A DNA stretch of 64,000 bases from Bdellovibrionota bacterium (GCA_965207455.1 CBDBMJ010000003.1:160001-224000), one strand, 5' to 3'; positions 10,213 to 19,482 are shown, counted from the first letter of the stretch. The notes: generated from the letters alone by a model not told the origin. Translations and numbers: made by a program.

Positions 10213-10248
10213 AACTGCCTTTGCTATATTAATCTAGCAAGGGCAGTT
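10213..10248. terminator. Conserved hairpin downstream of paralog A2
   Basis: AACTGCCTTTGCTA-N8-TAGCAAGGGCAGTT. Confidence 0.7.
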
Positions 10249-10262
10249 GGCAATAAAAATGG

Positions 10263-10868
10263 TTATTTTACTTTTGTGAAACTTACCAGCGATAAAGTAA
10301 CTGTAGGGCCACCGGCTTTTGTTTTCATTTGTACTATTCCTTCCATGGCAGTGTCTCTTTCGTTTATCCAAAATTCTAATATTTCCTTTTGTCCATTAGT
10401 CATAGATTTTGCTTTTACATAAACAGTATGGAACTCTCCTGCAGGAACAATGATTTCTCCGCCATCGGCTTGTTCAATAACTTCGATGTTGCTCTCAGGG
10501 GGAGTCTTCGCTTGTCCGTCTTCTATATATTCCTCTATTTCACCTGTATCTCGATTGATTTTTGCTTTTACTTCCTTTTTTGTGGATACTGTAATTTCCG
10601 TATGAACCCAAACAGAGTTGCCGATTTCACTGTGCACAAAACTCCTCATACGACCTATTTTGCCAGCAAGTCCGGCATCGATAACAAAGATAACCTCATC
10701 GCCTACCTTCCAGTCGATTGAGCGCTGGATAGCAAGATTGGAGATTAGTTGTGTTTTCACAGCTTGTATAAGTTGCTTAGAGAAATTAAGCTGAGCACCA
10801 ACGATGATTGGACTCACTAAGCAGCCTAAGATTAGTAACGAACATAGAGTTAAACTTAATTTTTTCAT
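10263..10868 (-). CDS. Secreted ~200-aa beta-rich protein, paralog A2
   Basis: Aligns end to end with A1/A3/A4 (DWKVGDE, FVHSE, INRDTG, VPAGEFHT, LVSFTK). Confidence 0.75.
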   Translation of the reverse strand: MKKLSLTLCSLLILGCLVSPIIVGAQLNFSKQLIQAVKTQLISNLAIQRSIDWKVGDEVIFVIDAGLAGKIGRMRSFVHSEIGNSVWVHTEITVSTKKEVKAKINRDTGEIEEYIEDGQAKTPPESNIEVIEQADGGEIIVPAGEFHTVYVKAKSMTNGQKEILEFWINERDTAMEGIVQMKTKAGGPTVTLSLVSFTKVK

Positions 10869-11037
10869 AATATTTCCTTTCAATTAGTTTGTTATAATTT
10901 AGTTCACAGTACAGTTTTAATCCTAGTACTGGACTATAGAGCTAATCAAGTAAATTTTGTGGAAAATTTAGAATTTAGTGAAATCAGTGGAAAAAAGAAT
11001 TAATACCACAGGAATAGACCGGGCGCAAAATGGTTAC

Positions 11038-11655
11038 TTATTTTTTTGTGAAGTTCAGCAGTGACGTAGTAATAATGGTAATCTCACCATTGGATTTTAC
11101 TGTCGTCTTACGTCGTACCAGTCCTCTCATGGTAGTGTCTCTTTGGTTTAGCCAAAATTCAAACTTTCGTTCTGCACTATCACCCTTCTTGGATTTCGCC
11201 TTTATATAAACAGTATGAAATTCTCCTGCAGGAACGGTGATTTTTCCACCGTCGGCTTGAACAATAATTTCAAGAGGATCCACATAAGGAGTGGCTACTT
11301 GTCCGTCCTCTAAATATTCCTCTATTTTAGCTGTATCTCGATTAATTTTTGTTCTTACTTCCCTGTTTACAAGGCCTGTAATTTGCATATGAATCCAAAT
11401 GGAGTCACCCACTTCGCTGTGTACAAACTCCTTTATACGAACTGCTTCAAGATCTCCAATCATAACAACAAAGTTGGCCTCATCGCCTACTTTCCAATCA
11501 ATTAAACGGCGAAGAGCAAACGTGGGGATTAAATTTATTTCAAGGGCTTGCATGAGCTGCTTGGATAAATTAGGTTGTGCGCCGGACGGAATGGAACTTA
11601 CTAGACAGCCTAAGGCTAGTAACGAACACAGGGTTAAACTTAATTTTTTCATCAT
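11038..11655 (-). CDS. Secreted ~200-aa beta-rich protein, paralog A3
   Basis: Same motifs (DWKVGDE, ITVPAGEFHT, WLNQRDT, NFTKK). Confidence 0.75.
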   Translation of the reverse strand: MMKKLSLTLCSLLALGCLVSSIPSGAQPNLSKQLMQALEINLIPTFALRRLIDWKVGDEANFVVMIGDLEAVRIKEFVHSEVGDSIWIHMQITGLVNREVRTKINRDTAKIEEYLEDGQVATPYVDPLEIIVQADGGKITVPAGEFHTVYIKAKSKKGDSAERKFEFWLNQRDTTMRGLVRRKTTVKSNGEITIITTSLLNFTKK

Positions 11656-11715
11656 GATATTTCCTTTCGATTAGTTTATTCCGGTTTATATAATTATGTT
11701 ATACTAGCACTGAAT

Positions 11716-11734
11716 ACACATCTTGCTGATGTGT
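11716..11734. promoter_or_regulatory. Palindrome in divergent promoter region (candidate operator), copy 2
   Basis: ACACATC-N5-GATGTGT. Confidence 0.4.
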
Positions 11735-11783
11735 CAGGCAATGTTAGATAATACAAAATTAATAACTCTGGAGGGTTGCTAAA

Positions 11784-13502
11784 ATGAAATTTCAATATAA
11801 AAAATATATTCTTACTATAACGATAGTTGGTGTTTGTCTTTTATTAGGCAATATTGCTCAAACGAATACAAATAAATATATACAAATGTTAGATACTGAA
11901 GAGCGCGTATTGGGAGAGGCTATAGTAAAGTTTCACCAAAAAGGAGACCATGTGATGCAGGTAATGGGGAACACATTGCTTTCCATGGGAGTTTCGTCTT
12001 TTAAAGTGTTTGCAACAGATAATCGATTTTTCAAGGTTACATTGAATAACGACAAAGATATGGCCCGTTTTTTAAAAGAGGCCAACAAAAATTTAGAAAT
12101 ATCTTATGCAGAGCCTAATTATATCTATAAAGCAACCGGCTATCAAAACTCAAAAGCTATTCCCAACGATATAGGTTTTCAGAAGCAATGGGCTTTACAC
12201 AATACCGGTCAAGAAGCGGCAGGGCACGTGGGAATTGTTGGTGCAGATATAGATGCATTACAAGCCTGGAAAATAACCAAAGGTTCTAAAGATATAATAG
12301 TGGCAGTAATCGATACGGGCGTGGACTATAATCACACAGACCTTGCTGCTAACATATACCGGAATCCCGGAGAAAATGGAGATGGCAAGGAAACCAATGG
12401 CATTGATGATGATGGCAATGGTTTTATTGATGATCACGTAGGCTGGAATTTTAGTGCTTCTAATAATGATCCCATAGATAAAAATGGTCATGGCACTCAT
12501 TGCGCTGGAGTAATCGGTGCAGAAGGTGATAATGACAAAGGCATAGTTGGCGTTTCATGGAATGTGAGCATCTTACCCATTAAGTTTCTTGGGCTAATAG
12601 GAGGAACAACTGAACATGCCGTTCAATCTATACAGTACGCTACAAAAATGGGTGTTCATATTATGAGTAACTCTTGGGGTGGGGGCTTTTTTTCTCAAGC
12701 AACCAAGGATGCTATTGAGGAAGCTAAAGAAGCAGGTATTTTATTTGTGGCTGGCGCTGGAAATAATGCCAGTAATAACGGTGTTAACCCCTTTTATCCA
12801 GCCAGTTATCTAGAAGAAAATATCATATCTGTAGCAGCAACAAATAACTCCGATTATTTAAGTTCTTTTAGTAACTGGGGCAGGGAGCTTGTGGATATTG
12901 CAGCACCTGGAAGTAATATCTACAGTACAGTTCCAAACAATAAATATGCTAGCTATAGCGGAACGTCTATGGCTACCCCCCATGTGGCAGGGGCTGCGGC
13001 CTTGTTATGGAGTGTGAATAAAGAGATGACTGCAATAGAGATAAAAGATCGATTGCTTCGCTCCAGAGATACACGGTTAGCTCTATCTCGTAAAATCCTG
13101 TCCAGTGGTCGACTAAATATCAATAATGCGATCCGTGGCATTTTCCCTGATCAAGTTCGAATTCCAGAAGAAAATGAATGGATAGATGGAGAACTTGTTG
13201 AGCCTGTTGAATCTGCTCATCCGTATACAGATCGCCTTTCCCAAAAATGGGTGATTCGTGGTCCAGAGAATGCGAAATTTATGCGAGTTCATTTCTCCCG
13301 ATTGGAATTGGAAGAAAAGTTCGATTTTATACATATTCTTGATAGTAAAGGAAATCGTATGGATGTTATTTCTGGTACATCCCCCAATGGCACCAACTCA
13401 TGGTTTGTGCTGGGAAATGAAATAACCATAGAGCTTAAAACAGATTTTTTCGGAACGAGATGGGGCTTTGCTATTAATAAATTTCAGTACACTACACAAT
13501 AG
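11784..13502 (+). CDS. S8 subtilisin-like serine protease with C-terminal CUB-like domain (S8b, paralog of S8a)
   Basis: VAVIDTG, HGTHCAG and SGTSMATPHVAG; colinear with 7871-9616. Confidence 0.93.
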   Translation: MKFQYKKYILTITIVGVCLLLGNIAQTNTNKYIQMLDTEERVLGEAIVKFHQKGDHVMQVMGNTLLSMGVSSFKVFATDNRFFKVTLNNDKDMARFLKEANKNLEISYAEPNYIYKATGYQNSKAIPNDIGFQKQWALHNTGQEAAGHVGIVGADIDALQAWKITKGSKDIIVAVIDTGVDYNHTDLAANIYRNPGENGDGKETNGIDDDGNGFIDDHVGWNFSASNNDPIDKNGHGTHCAGVIGAEGDNDKGIVGVSWNVSILPIKFLGLIGGTTEHAVQSIQYATKMGVHIMSNSWGGGFFSQATKDAIEEAKEAGILFVAGAGNNASNNGVNPFYPASYLEENIISVAATNNSDYLSSFSNWGRELVDIAAPGSNIYSTVPNNKYASYSGTSMATPHVAGAAALLWSVNKEMTAIEIKDRLLRSRDTRLALSRKILSSGRLNINNAIRGIFPDQVRIPEENEWIDGELVEPVESAHPYTDRLSQKWVIRGPENAKFMRVHFSRLELEEKFDFIHILDSKGNRMDVISGTSPNGTNSWFVLGNEITIELKTDFFGTRWGFAINKFQYTTQ

Positions 13503-13812
13503 AGCTGAGGGTAAAAAAATATTTTCCTACTTTTCAGACAATGAATATACAAGTGCGTAAGGTTGTTTTCCGCTTATTCCTTCGGGCACATTAAAGCCTT
13601 TGGCCGTGAGAGCTCCCTATGTTTATGTTGGAAAGGTCACTTGCTAATTTCATGTTGCTCGTATAACCAGCAATTCATTTATTTGTAAAAAAATAAAGCA
13701 TTCAATTATCTTAGACACCGCAATGCACTTGGAATATGATTCAGTAGTTGTGCGCCTTAAGTCGAGAGAGACCACTGCCAAGAATACAAGAAAGTTAGGG
13801 CAGTCGCACAAA

Positions 13813-13843
13813 TGCCCTTGCTAGTATTGGTATAGCAAAGGCA
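13813..13843. terminator. Conserved hairpin downstream of paralog A4
   Basis: TGCCCTTGCTA-N9-TAGCAAAGGCA. Confidence 0.65.
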
Positions 13844-13847
13844 ATTG

Positions 13848-13880
13848 GCGATAAGCGATAAGCGATAAGCGATAAGCGAT
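13848..13880. repeat. Heptanucleotide tandem repeat (GCGATAA) x4.7
   Basis: GCGATAAGCGATAAGCGATAAGCGATAAGCGAT read directly. Confidence 0.95.
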
Positions 13881-13885
13881 GATCT

Positions 13886-14491
13886 CTATTTTATTTTTGT
13901 GAAACTCACCAGCGATAAGGTAATTTTAAAACCACTAGCTTTTGTTTTTAGTTGTACCATTCCTTCCATGGTAGTGTCTCTTTGGTTTAGCCAAAGTTCT
14001 AACACTTGCTCTCGCCCATTAGTCGTGGATTTCGCTTTTATGTAGACAGTGTGGAATGTTCCTGCAGGAACGGTGATTTCTCCGCCGTCGGCTTGATCAA
14101 TAACTTCAAGAGAGCTATCAGGAGGAGTCTTTGCTTGTCCGTCTTCTATATATTCCTCTACTTCACCTGTATCTCGATTGATTTTTGCTTTTACTACCTT
14201 ATTCATCTGGCCTGTAATTTCCGTATGCAGCCAGATGGAGTTGCCGACTTCACTGTGTACAAACTTCTTCATACGACCTACTTCGCCAAAAAATCCAGCC
14301 TTAATAACAAAGTTGGCCTCATCGCCTACTTTCCAATCAATTAAACGCTGGATAGCAAAATTAGGGATTACACTTGTTTCCAGGGTTTGTATGAGCTGTT
14401 TCGGTAAATTAGGCTGCGCGCTAGATGGAACGGGACTTACTAGACAGCCTAAGACTAGTAGCGAACACAGGGTTAAACTTAATTTTTTCAT
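13886..14491 (-). CDS. Secreted ~200-aa beta-rich protein, paralog A4
   Basis: Same motifs (DWKVGDE, ITVPAGTFHT, LSLVSFTKIK). Confidence 0.75.
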   Translation of the reverse strand: MKKLSLTLCSLLVLGCLVSPVPSSAQPNLPKQLIQTLETSVIPNFAIQRLIDWKVGDEANFVIKAGFFGEVGRMKKFVHSEVGNSIWLHTEITGQMNKVVKAKINRDTGEVEEYIEDGQAKTPPDSSLEVIDQADGGEITVPAGTFHTVYIKAKSTTNGREQVLELWLNQRDTTMEGMVQLKTKASGFKITLSLVSFTKIK

Positions 14492-14607
14492 GATATTTCC
14501 TTTCGGTTAGTTTGTTATACAAAAATAAGACACATTACGTTTCTATTAATAACACTGAATCCACGTCATTTGCTTTTTTGTCAGGTCATGTTAGGCTTTT
14601 CCATACG

Positions 14608-15429
14608 ATGTTAGACTTCCTTACAATAAAGCCTGCGAAAGCATCCCTGATCCTACTTTTTTGTTTTTTCTGCGCATCCTGCAGCCATGGCCCGCAAATT
14701 TCTCCCTTTCCCTATGTTTTGAGTCGTTCCGAGGTGGCTGTGCTCAAGCAAGCGATACGCAAGAAAGTGGAACGTCGCTACTCCTTGTTACAGGACAAGC
14801 AGGTGGGACGTTATGTTAATACCATTGGCCAGTCCATTATTGCTCGTAATCCGCAAATGCCTCCCCTGCCCTATATCTTTAAAGTTTTACAGGACCGATC
14901 CTTTCATATTTTTTCCCTACCCGGCGGCGTTGTATACATTACCACGGGAGCCATCCGTGCCTTTACCTCTGAGGGTATCTTGGCCGCAGCCCTAGCCCAC
15001 GAACTTGCTCACCAAGAAAAGGGTCATTTTTTGCTCGTGTGGAAGCAGCGTGTGGAGAAAGGTGCCTCTCCGGAAAAAATCACTGCTTCACTTCTTGCCC
15101 ACGTCCAACCCAACTTATTCCAAAAGGATGGGCTATTTTATTACGGAAACGCTTTAGAAAAAGAAGCGGACGAGAAGACCCTGACACTCCTATACCAAGC
15201 AGGTTTCGATCCTCGATTTTTTCTTAGCTACTTGAATCTATTGGATCGCCTAAGTGCAAAGAAAAAACAACAACTCTACCTTCAGTCCTCTCTCCACCCC
15301 CCTACCAAGGATCGCCTGTCTTGGACGCAAAAATTCTCACGCACGTTCTTGCCGAAGAAGTATAAAAAGAGAAGTTATGCTACCCTTAAAGATATCCAAC
15401 GTCGTTTAAAAAAAAGCAGGAAGCCATAG
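14608..15429 (+). CDS. M48-family metallopeptidase (probable lipoprotein)
   Basis: FSLPGGVVYIT, LAHELAH zinc motif, EKEAD, HPPTKDR; lipobox-like CASC. Confidence 0.85.
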   Translation: MLDFLTIKPAKASLILLFCFFCASCSHGPQISPFPYVLSRSEVAVLKQAIRKKVERRYSLLQDKQVGRYVNTIGQSIIARNPQMPPLPYIFKVLQDRSFHIFSLPGGVVYITTGAIRAFTSEGILAAALAHELAHQEKGHFLLVWKQRVEKGASPEKITASLLAHVQPNLFQKDGLFYYGNALEKEADEKTLTLLYQAGFDPRFFLSYLNLLDRLSAKKKQQLYLQSSLHPPTKDRLSWTQKFSRTFLPKKYKKRSYATLKDIQRRLKKSRKP

Positions 15430-16449
15430 ATGGAAGCGTATAAAAATATATTAAAAACAAGCTGCTCAGCAATTCTCTCCAATACAAAAGTCGATGGCTT
15501 CACTATAGAGCCCTTAGCAGGTGATGCTTCTTCTCGTCGATATTTCCGGATATGCCACACCTCTGGCCAAGAAAAAAGCTTTGTGCTGGTCCTGGGAGAT
15601 AAATTCCTTCCCCAAGAAAATTCCTTTCTTCGAATCCAAGACTTACTAAGCAGCAACGGAGTGAATGTGCCCACGATACTAGCCGTACTAGAAGAAGAGG
15701 GGGCGATCCTCCAAGAAGATTTAGGTGGTACAAATATGCTCCAAGCCATGAGCACATCTCCCATGATGACCTCCTCGGAGATTTTCCATTTTTTCCAAAA
15801 ACCCCTGGACCTTATGTTTCGCATCCATGGAGCCAAACCCAAGAATAAAAATCAAGAGAAAGCTTTCCTGCGTGCTTTCGACGAAAAACTATTCCTATGG
15901 GAAGTGAATTTCACCATAGAGCATTTTTTCACAAAGTACTTGGGAAGGAAAATGAAGGAGCAGGACAGGAATAGTATTTATGAGGATTTTAGGAATATCT
16001 GTGGTCATTTATTAAAAGAGCCTCAGGTATTTGTTCACAGAGATTTCCATACAAAAAACATTATGTTTACAGAGGACAAGCGCTATGTGAGCATTGATTT
16101 TCAAGATGGATGCATGGGACCTCCACACTATGATCTTGCTTCCCTCTTAAGAGATTCCTATTACTCCCTGTCGGAAGAAAATGTATACAAATTATTGGAA
16201 TACTATATGGACCTTTGGGATACATCTGAAAAACTAGACAGAGTTCACTGTAGGCGTATTTTTGACTTAATGAGTATTCAACGTAACTTTAAAGCTATCG
16301 GCAGTTTTGCTTCCTTCTATACTCGAAGGGGCGACATCCGTTATCTGCACTTTATTGGAAACACCTTTCAAAATGTTCAAACGAATTTAACAAAATTTCC
16401 TGAATATAAAAACCTCCAAGAGCTTTTGCTCCACTACTATCATCTATAA
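15430..16449 (+). CDS. amgK: Anomeric MurNAc/GlcNAc kinase (APH-like phosphotransferase)
   Basis: LAGDASSRRYFR, QEDLG, HRDFHTKNIM, IDFQD and YDLASLLRD; precedes a murU-like gene. Confidence 0.85.
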   Translation: MEAYKNILKTSCSAILSNTKVDGFTIEPLAGDASSRRYFRICHTSGQEKSFVLVLGDKFLPQENSFLRIQDLLSSNGVNVPTILAVLEEEGAILQEDLGGTNMLQAMSTSPMMTSSEIFHFFQKPLDLMFRIHGAKPKNKNQEKAFLRAFDEKLFLWEVNFTIEHFFTKYLGRKMKEQDRNSIYEDFRNICGHLLKEPQVFVHRDFHTKNIMFTEDKRYVSIDFQDGCMGPPHYDLASLLRDSYYSLSEENVYKLLEYYMDLWDTSEKLDRVHCRRIFDLMSIQRNFKAIGSFASFYTRRGDIRYLHFIGNTFQNVQTNLTKFPEYKNLQELLLHYYHL

Positions 16450-16462
16450 TGATTCATAGATT

Positions 16463-17209
16463 ATGCGTGTACTTATATTAGCAGCAGGTTACGGAACAAG
16501 ATTGAAGCCTCTAACCAATACTTGTCCCAAGGCTTTGGTGGAAGTGGGAGGCAGGCCCATGCTTTCCTACACACTGGATCTTCTGGAGAAATATAAAATA
16601 AAAGATGCGCTTATAAACATACACCACTTTGGAGAACAGGTTTTAGAATTTGTGGAGCAAGAAAATAAAAAACGAAAGATTCATATCCACATTCAGGATG
16701 AAAGGGATACGTTATTGGGTTCCGGTGGTTCCATTGCCAAAGCAAAGGACTGGCTATTTGAAAAAGATCCCTTTGCTTTGATTTGGAATCCCGACGGATT
16801 GATCTTTCCCAATTTAGATCAACTCACCTCCGCTCATGCAAGCAACCACAAAGAAGGTGCCCTTGCCACACTAAACGTGTTGGAACATAACGATGTGGGA
16901 ACACGCTATAAAAGTGTTTCCATGATAAGAAACAAGATCTGTGGTTTTGGACGGAAAACACCTCTCAAAGGAGAGATTCTGCTCCATTTTGCTGGCGGCT
17001 ATCTTTTATCCCAACGAGCAACAGAACTCCTCCCTCCTCCTAAAGAAGTAGCCCATGTGGGTAGCGCTATTTGGTTCCCTCTTATGAAGCAAGGGAAAAT
17101 TAGAGGGGAACTGTATTCAGGCCTGTACCAAGATCTGGGATCCTATTCCGACATTGAAATTGCCAACAACCGTATTCGCGCAGGAGAGTTTAGGGGCCAA
17201 TTAAGATAA
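16463..17209 (+). CDS. murU: MurNAc-1-phosphate uridylyltransferase-like NTP transferase
   Basis: ILAAGYGTRLKPLTNTCPKALVEVGG; short single-domain transferase after amgK. Confidence 0.75.
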   Translation: MRVLILAAGYGTRLKPLTNTCPKALVEVGGRPMLSYTLDLLEKYKIKDALINIHHFGEQVLEFVEQENKKRKIHIHIQDERDTLLGSGGSIAKAKDWLFEKDPFALIWNPDGLIFPNLDQLTSAHASNHKEGALATLNVLEHNDVGTRYKSVSMIRNKICGFGRKTPLKGEILLHFAGGYLLSQRATELLPPPKEVAHVGSAIWFPLMKQGKIRGELYSGLYQDLGSYSDIEIANNRIRAGEFRGQLR

Positions 17210-17226
17210 ACCGCTGAAATAAACCG

Positions 17227-18192
17227 CTAAAATAAATACACTGCCAGGGCTTTCTTTTGAATAGAAAACCCCACTGTTTTACCTTTTGGCATATCTTTCA
17301 GTATATTTTTAACGGGCACTCCATCCAACTCCAAGCACGCCGTACCTTTATTCCCCTTCATCTGTGTGAGAAGAACTTTTGTTACATCTTTAGTGATGGC
17401 TGTGAAAAATTCCTGTCCTTCCAGCCAAAGTTTAGGGATGTCCATAATTAAATCGGAGAAATTATCATTGGGAAGCACAAGTAAGTGTAGTTTTCCGTCG
17501 TCAAGTTTTCCCTGGGGGCATATTTTCATACCATTGGCACCATGGGATCCATTTCCAATAAATAGGTTGAAAATAGATCGATTCTTTAAAATCATTTTTT
17601 TTCCCTCCTCAATACTCACCCGGGGAGCTTTGTACCTGGACATGGCATCTAGGACCGTAAGTCCGTATGCAAGTCCACTATGAACGGTAATGATACTTTT
17701 AGGAAGCCTATCCATTATCATCCCTGAAACTCCGTAACTCGCCATATTTAAAAAGTAACGTTTACTGCCATTATATTCCATCACTCCAAGGTCCACCTTT
17801 GTTGCCTTTCTTTTCTTTGCCATTCCCACACAAAGAGCAATCCTATCCTTTGTTTTCCAATGGCGTGGAGAAAAGGAGTTCAAAAATCCTTGATTAAAAC
17901 CGCTGGTAGCGCAAATCCCTATATTTGGTATTGTTTTGATCTTGAGCGCCATGAGTACATTCACCACATGGTGGAGTGTGGTGTCGTCTCCCACGATAAA
18001 TATACTTTTCAAGGTGCGCAGTTTTTTGGGAGAGAGTACGGTTTTAAGTTTATGTTGATTCCGTATGAAAACAACCTCACACTCTCCCAGAACTGAAAAT
18101 AGGGCCGCCTTATAGGCCGGCCAGCGATAACGAACCTTTTCAAAATCTGCTCGAGGATCCACAAGGAATAGGTGAGGGCTATTTTTTTCCAT
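17227..18192 (-). CDS. Diacylglycerol kinase/YegS-family protein with degenerate motifs
   Basis: KVDLG, RYFLNMASYG, GNGSHGANGM, LDDGKL; GGDGT replaced by GDDTT. Confidence 0.75.
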   Translation of the reverse strand: MEKNSPHLFLVDPRADFEKVRYRWPAYKAALFSVLGECEVVFIRNQHKLKTVLSPKKLRTLKSIFIVGDDTTLHHVVNVLMALKIKTIPNIGICATSGFNQGFLNSFSPRHWKTKDRIALCVGMAKKRKATKVDLGVMEYNGSKRYFLNMASYGVSGMIMDRLPKSIITVHSGLAYGLTVLDAMSRYKAPRVSIEEGKKMILKNRSIFNLFIGNGSHGANGMKICPQGKLDDGKLHLLVLPNDNFSDLIMDIPKLWLEGQEFFTAITKDVTKVLLTQMKGNKGTACLELDGVPVKNILKDMPKGKTVGFSIQKKALAVYLF

Positions 18193-18877
18193 TCTGTGTA
18201 GCCTCTAGTTGTTTAGATAGGCGATTGCTTTTTTTTTGTAAGCTTTTAAAATTTTTATTCCATTTTTTCCATTCCTTTGTTTGAAAATATAAACTAGCAC
18301 TTACTTTTTTTATTTCTTTCGTATGCATCGCAATCTCTTTTTTTATTTCTTGGGCTTTCATTTGAGCCGTATCTCTTGTGCTTCTCCATTCAATTCGTCG
18401 CTCTATAATTTTACTCAAGCCCTCCTCAGAGACCTCGGAGCTTTCCATGAGCGCTTCTGCCACTGCCTCTAGAGCGCCTAATTTCTGTTTTGTTTTCACA
18501 ATATTTCTGCGCACCTGAACCAATTCCCGTCGATTTTTTGTAATGGCTTTTTGGAAATCCTTTCTTGCCACCTCCGCTTCATCTATCCGATTGCCGTAGT
18601 CTCGGGCAAGCCCTTTTAAGCGCTTCATCTCATTTTTTTTCTCACCGATAGACTCCCAGAGTACTGCTGCCTTTGCCTTTCGTTCTGCTATTTTTGTTTC
18701 CAAATCTTCCTTTTTCTCTCGCGTTTCCGTCATTTGAGTTTCAATAAGCAAAAGAGATTTTTGTAAAGACTCTGTAGAGAAAAACCCGTAACTGGGCAAC
18801 GCTAGGCTGGGCAGCGCTAGACCAAGCAACAAGACTAATAAATAAGGTGCGGAACGCATGCTTAGGGCTCTCTCCAT
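18179..18877 (-). CDS. Secreted coiled-coil protein
   Basis: Signal peptide followed by a long K/E-rich heptad region. Confidence 0.65.
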   Translation of the reverse strand: MERALSMRSAPYLLVLLLGLALPSLALPSYGFFSTESLQKSLLLIETQMTETREKKEDLETKIAERKAKAAVLWESIGEKKNEMKRLKGLARDYGNRIDEAEVARKDFQKAITKNRRELVQVRRNIVKTKQKLGALEAVAEALMESSEVSEEGLSKIIERRIEWRSTRDTAQMKAQEIKKEIAMHTKEIKKVSASLYFQTKEWKKWNKNFKSLQKKSNRLSKQLEATQNGKK

Positions 18878-19482
18878 TTCTTACTTAAAATTCTATCATA
18901 ATACGTCTGGTAGTGCGGTTTGATCCAGTCTTGAGGACCTATAAATCTACTGTCAATGGTAAAGGATGGATGGATAAGAAAAGACTCAGGGTATTGGGTC
19001 ACCCCATATAAAGAGGAAACCTTGCCCGTGGAATCCAAAAGAATCGTTGCGTATTTTGTAATCGCTCTTAGTTTGGGGTAGTTGGTAAAAAAACGTTCCA
19101 GAACTGCTCTGTCTTTATCCATGCTAACGGCAAGAATTTTCAGTTTTTTCTCCCTCTTGCCAAGAGCAATCAGTATGGCAAGCTCCTTAATACAGGGGGC
19201 GCACCAGGTAGCCCAAAAATGCAGCAATATGGCTTGGCCCTTACATTGCTCTAACGAAAATATCTCGGATGGCTGGGAGATTGTGGGGAGGGTAAAGTTC
19301 ATGGCTGGTTTGCCGATAGCCCCCACTACACGCATCGCATCAATCGGGCTGGGCTCATGGTCTGGATCCCATTGCTGGGAAAACCATAGGTAAGAGGCAG
19401 CTCCCAAAACAACTATGGGCATCATCCTCAAAAGAGCAGCAGAAAACTTGACGATACACGATCTTTTTGACATTACTCCCAT
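18862..19482 (-). CDS. TlpA/ResA-family membrane-anchored thiol-disulfide oxidoreductase
   Basis: HFWATWCAPC, YGVTQYPESF, N-terminal TM. Confidence 0.9.
   Translation of the reverse strand: MGVMSKRSCIVKFSAALLRMMPIVVLGAASYLWFSQQWDPDHEPSPIDAMRVVGAIGKPAMNFTLPTISQPSEIFSLEQCKGQAILLHFWATWCAPCIKELAILIALGKREKKLKILAVSMDKDRAVLERFFTNYPKLRAITKYATILLDSTGKVSSLYGVTQYPESFLIHPSFTIDSRFIGPQDWIKPHYQTYYDRILSKKWREP

Noticed and set aside
7871..13502. Diversity-generating retroelement behind the near-identical S8 segments
   Set aside because: No reverse transcriptase in the window, both copies are full genes, and the differences are not confined to adenines.
13503..13800. 300-bp intergenic stretch as ncRNA or IS remnant
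   Set aside because: Only a short TAGACACC match to the IS end; I could not support any ORF homology or stable structure.
7097..13843. The TGCCYTTGCTA hairpin as a REP or CRISPR repeat
   Set aside because: Three copies lie kilobases apart, each just 3' of an A paralog, so co-duplicated terminators explain them. There are no spacers or cas genes.
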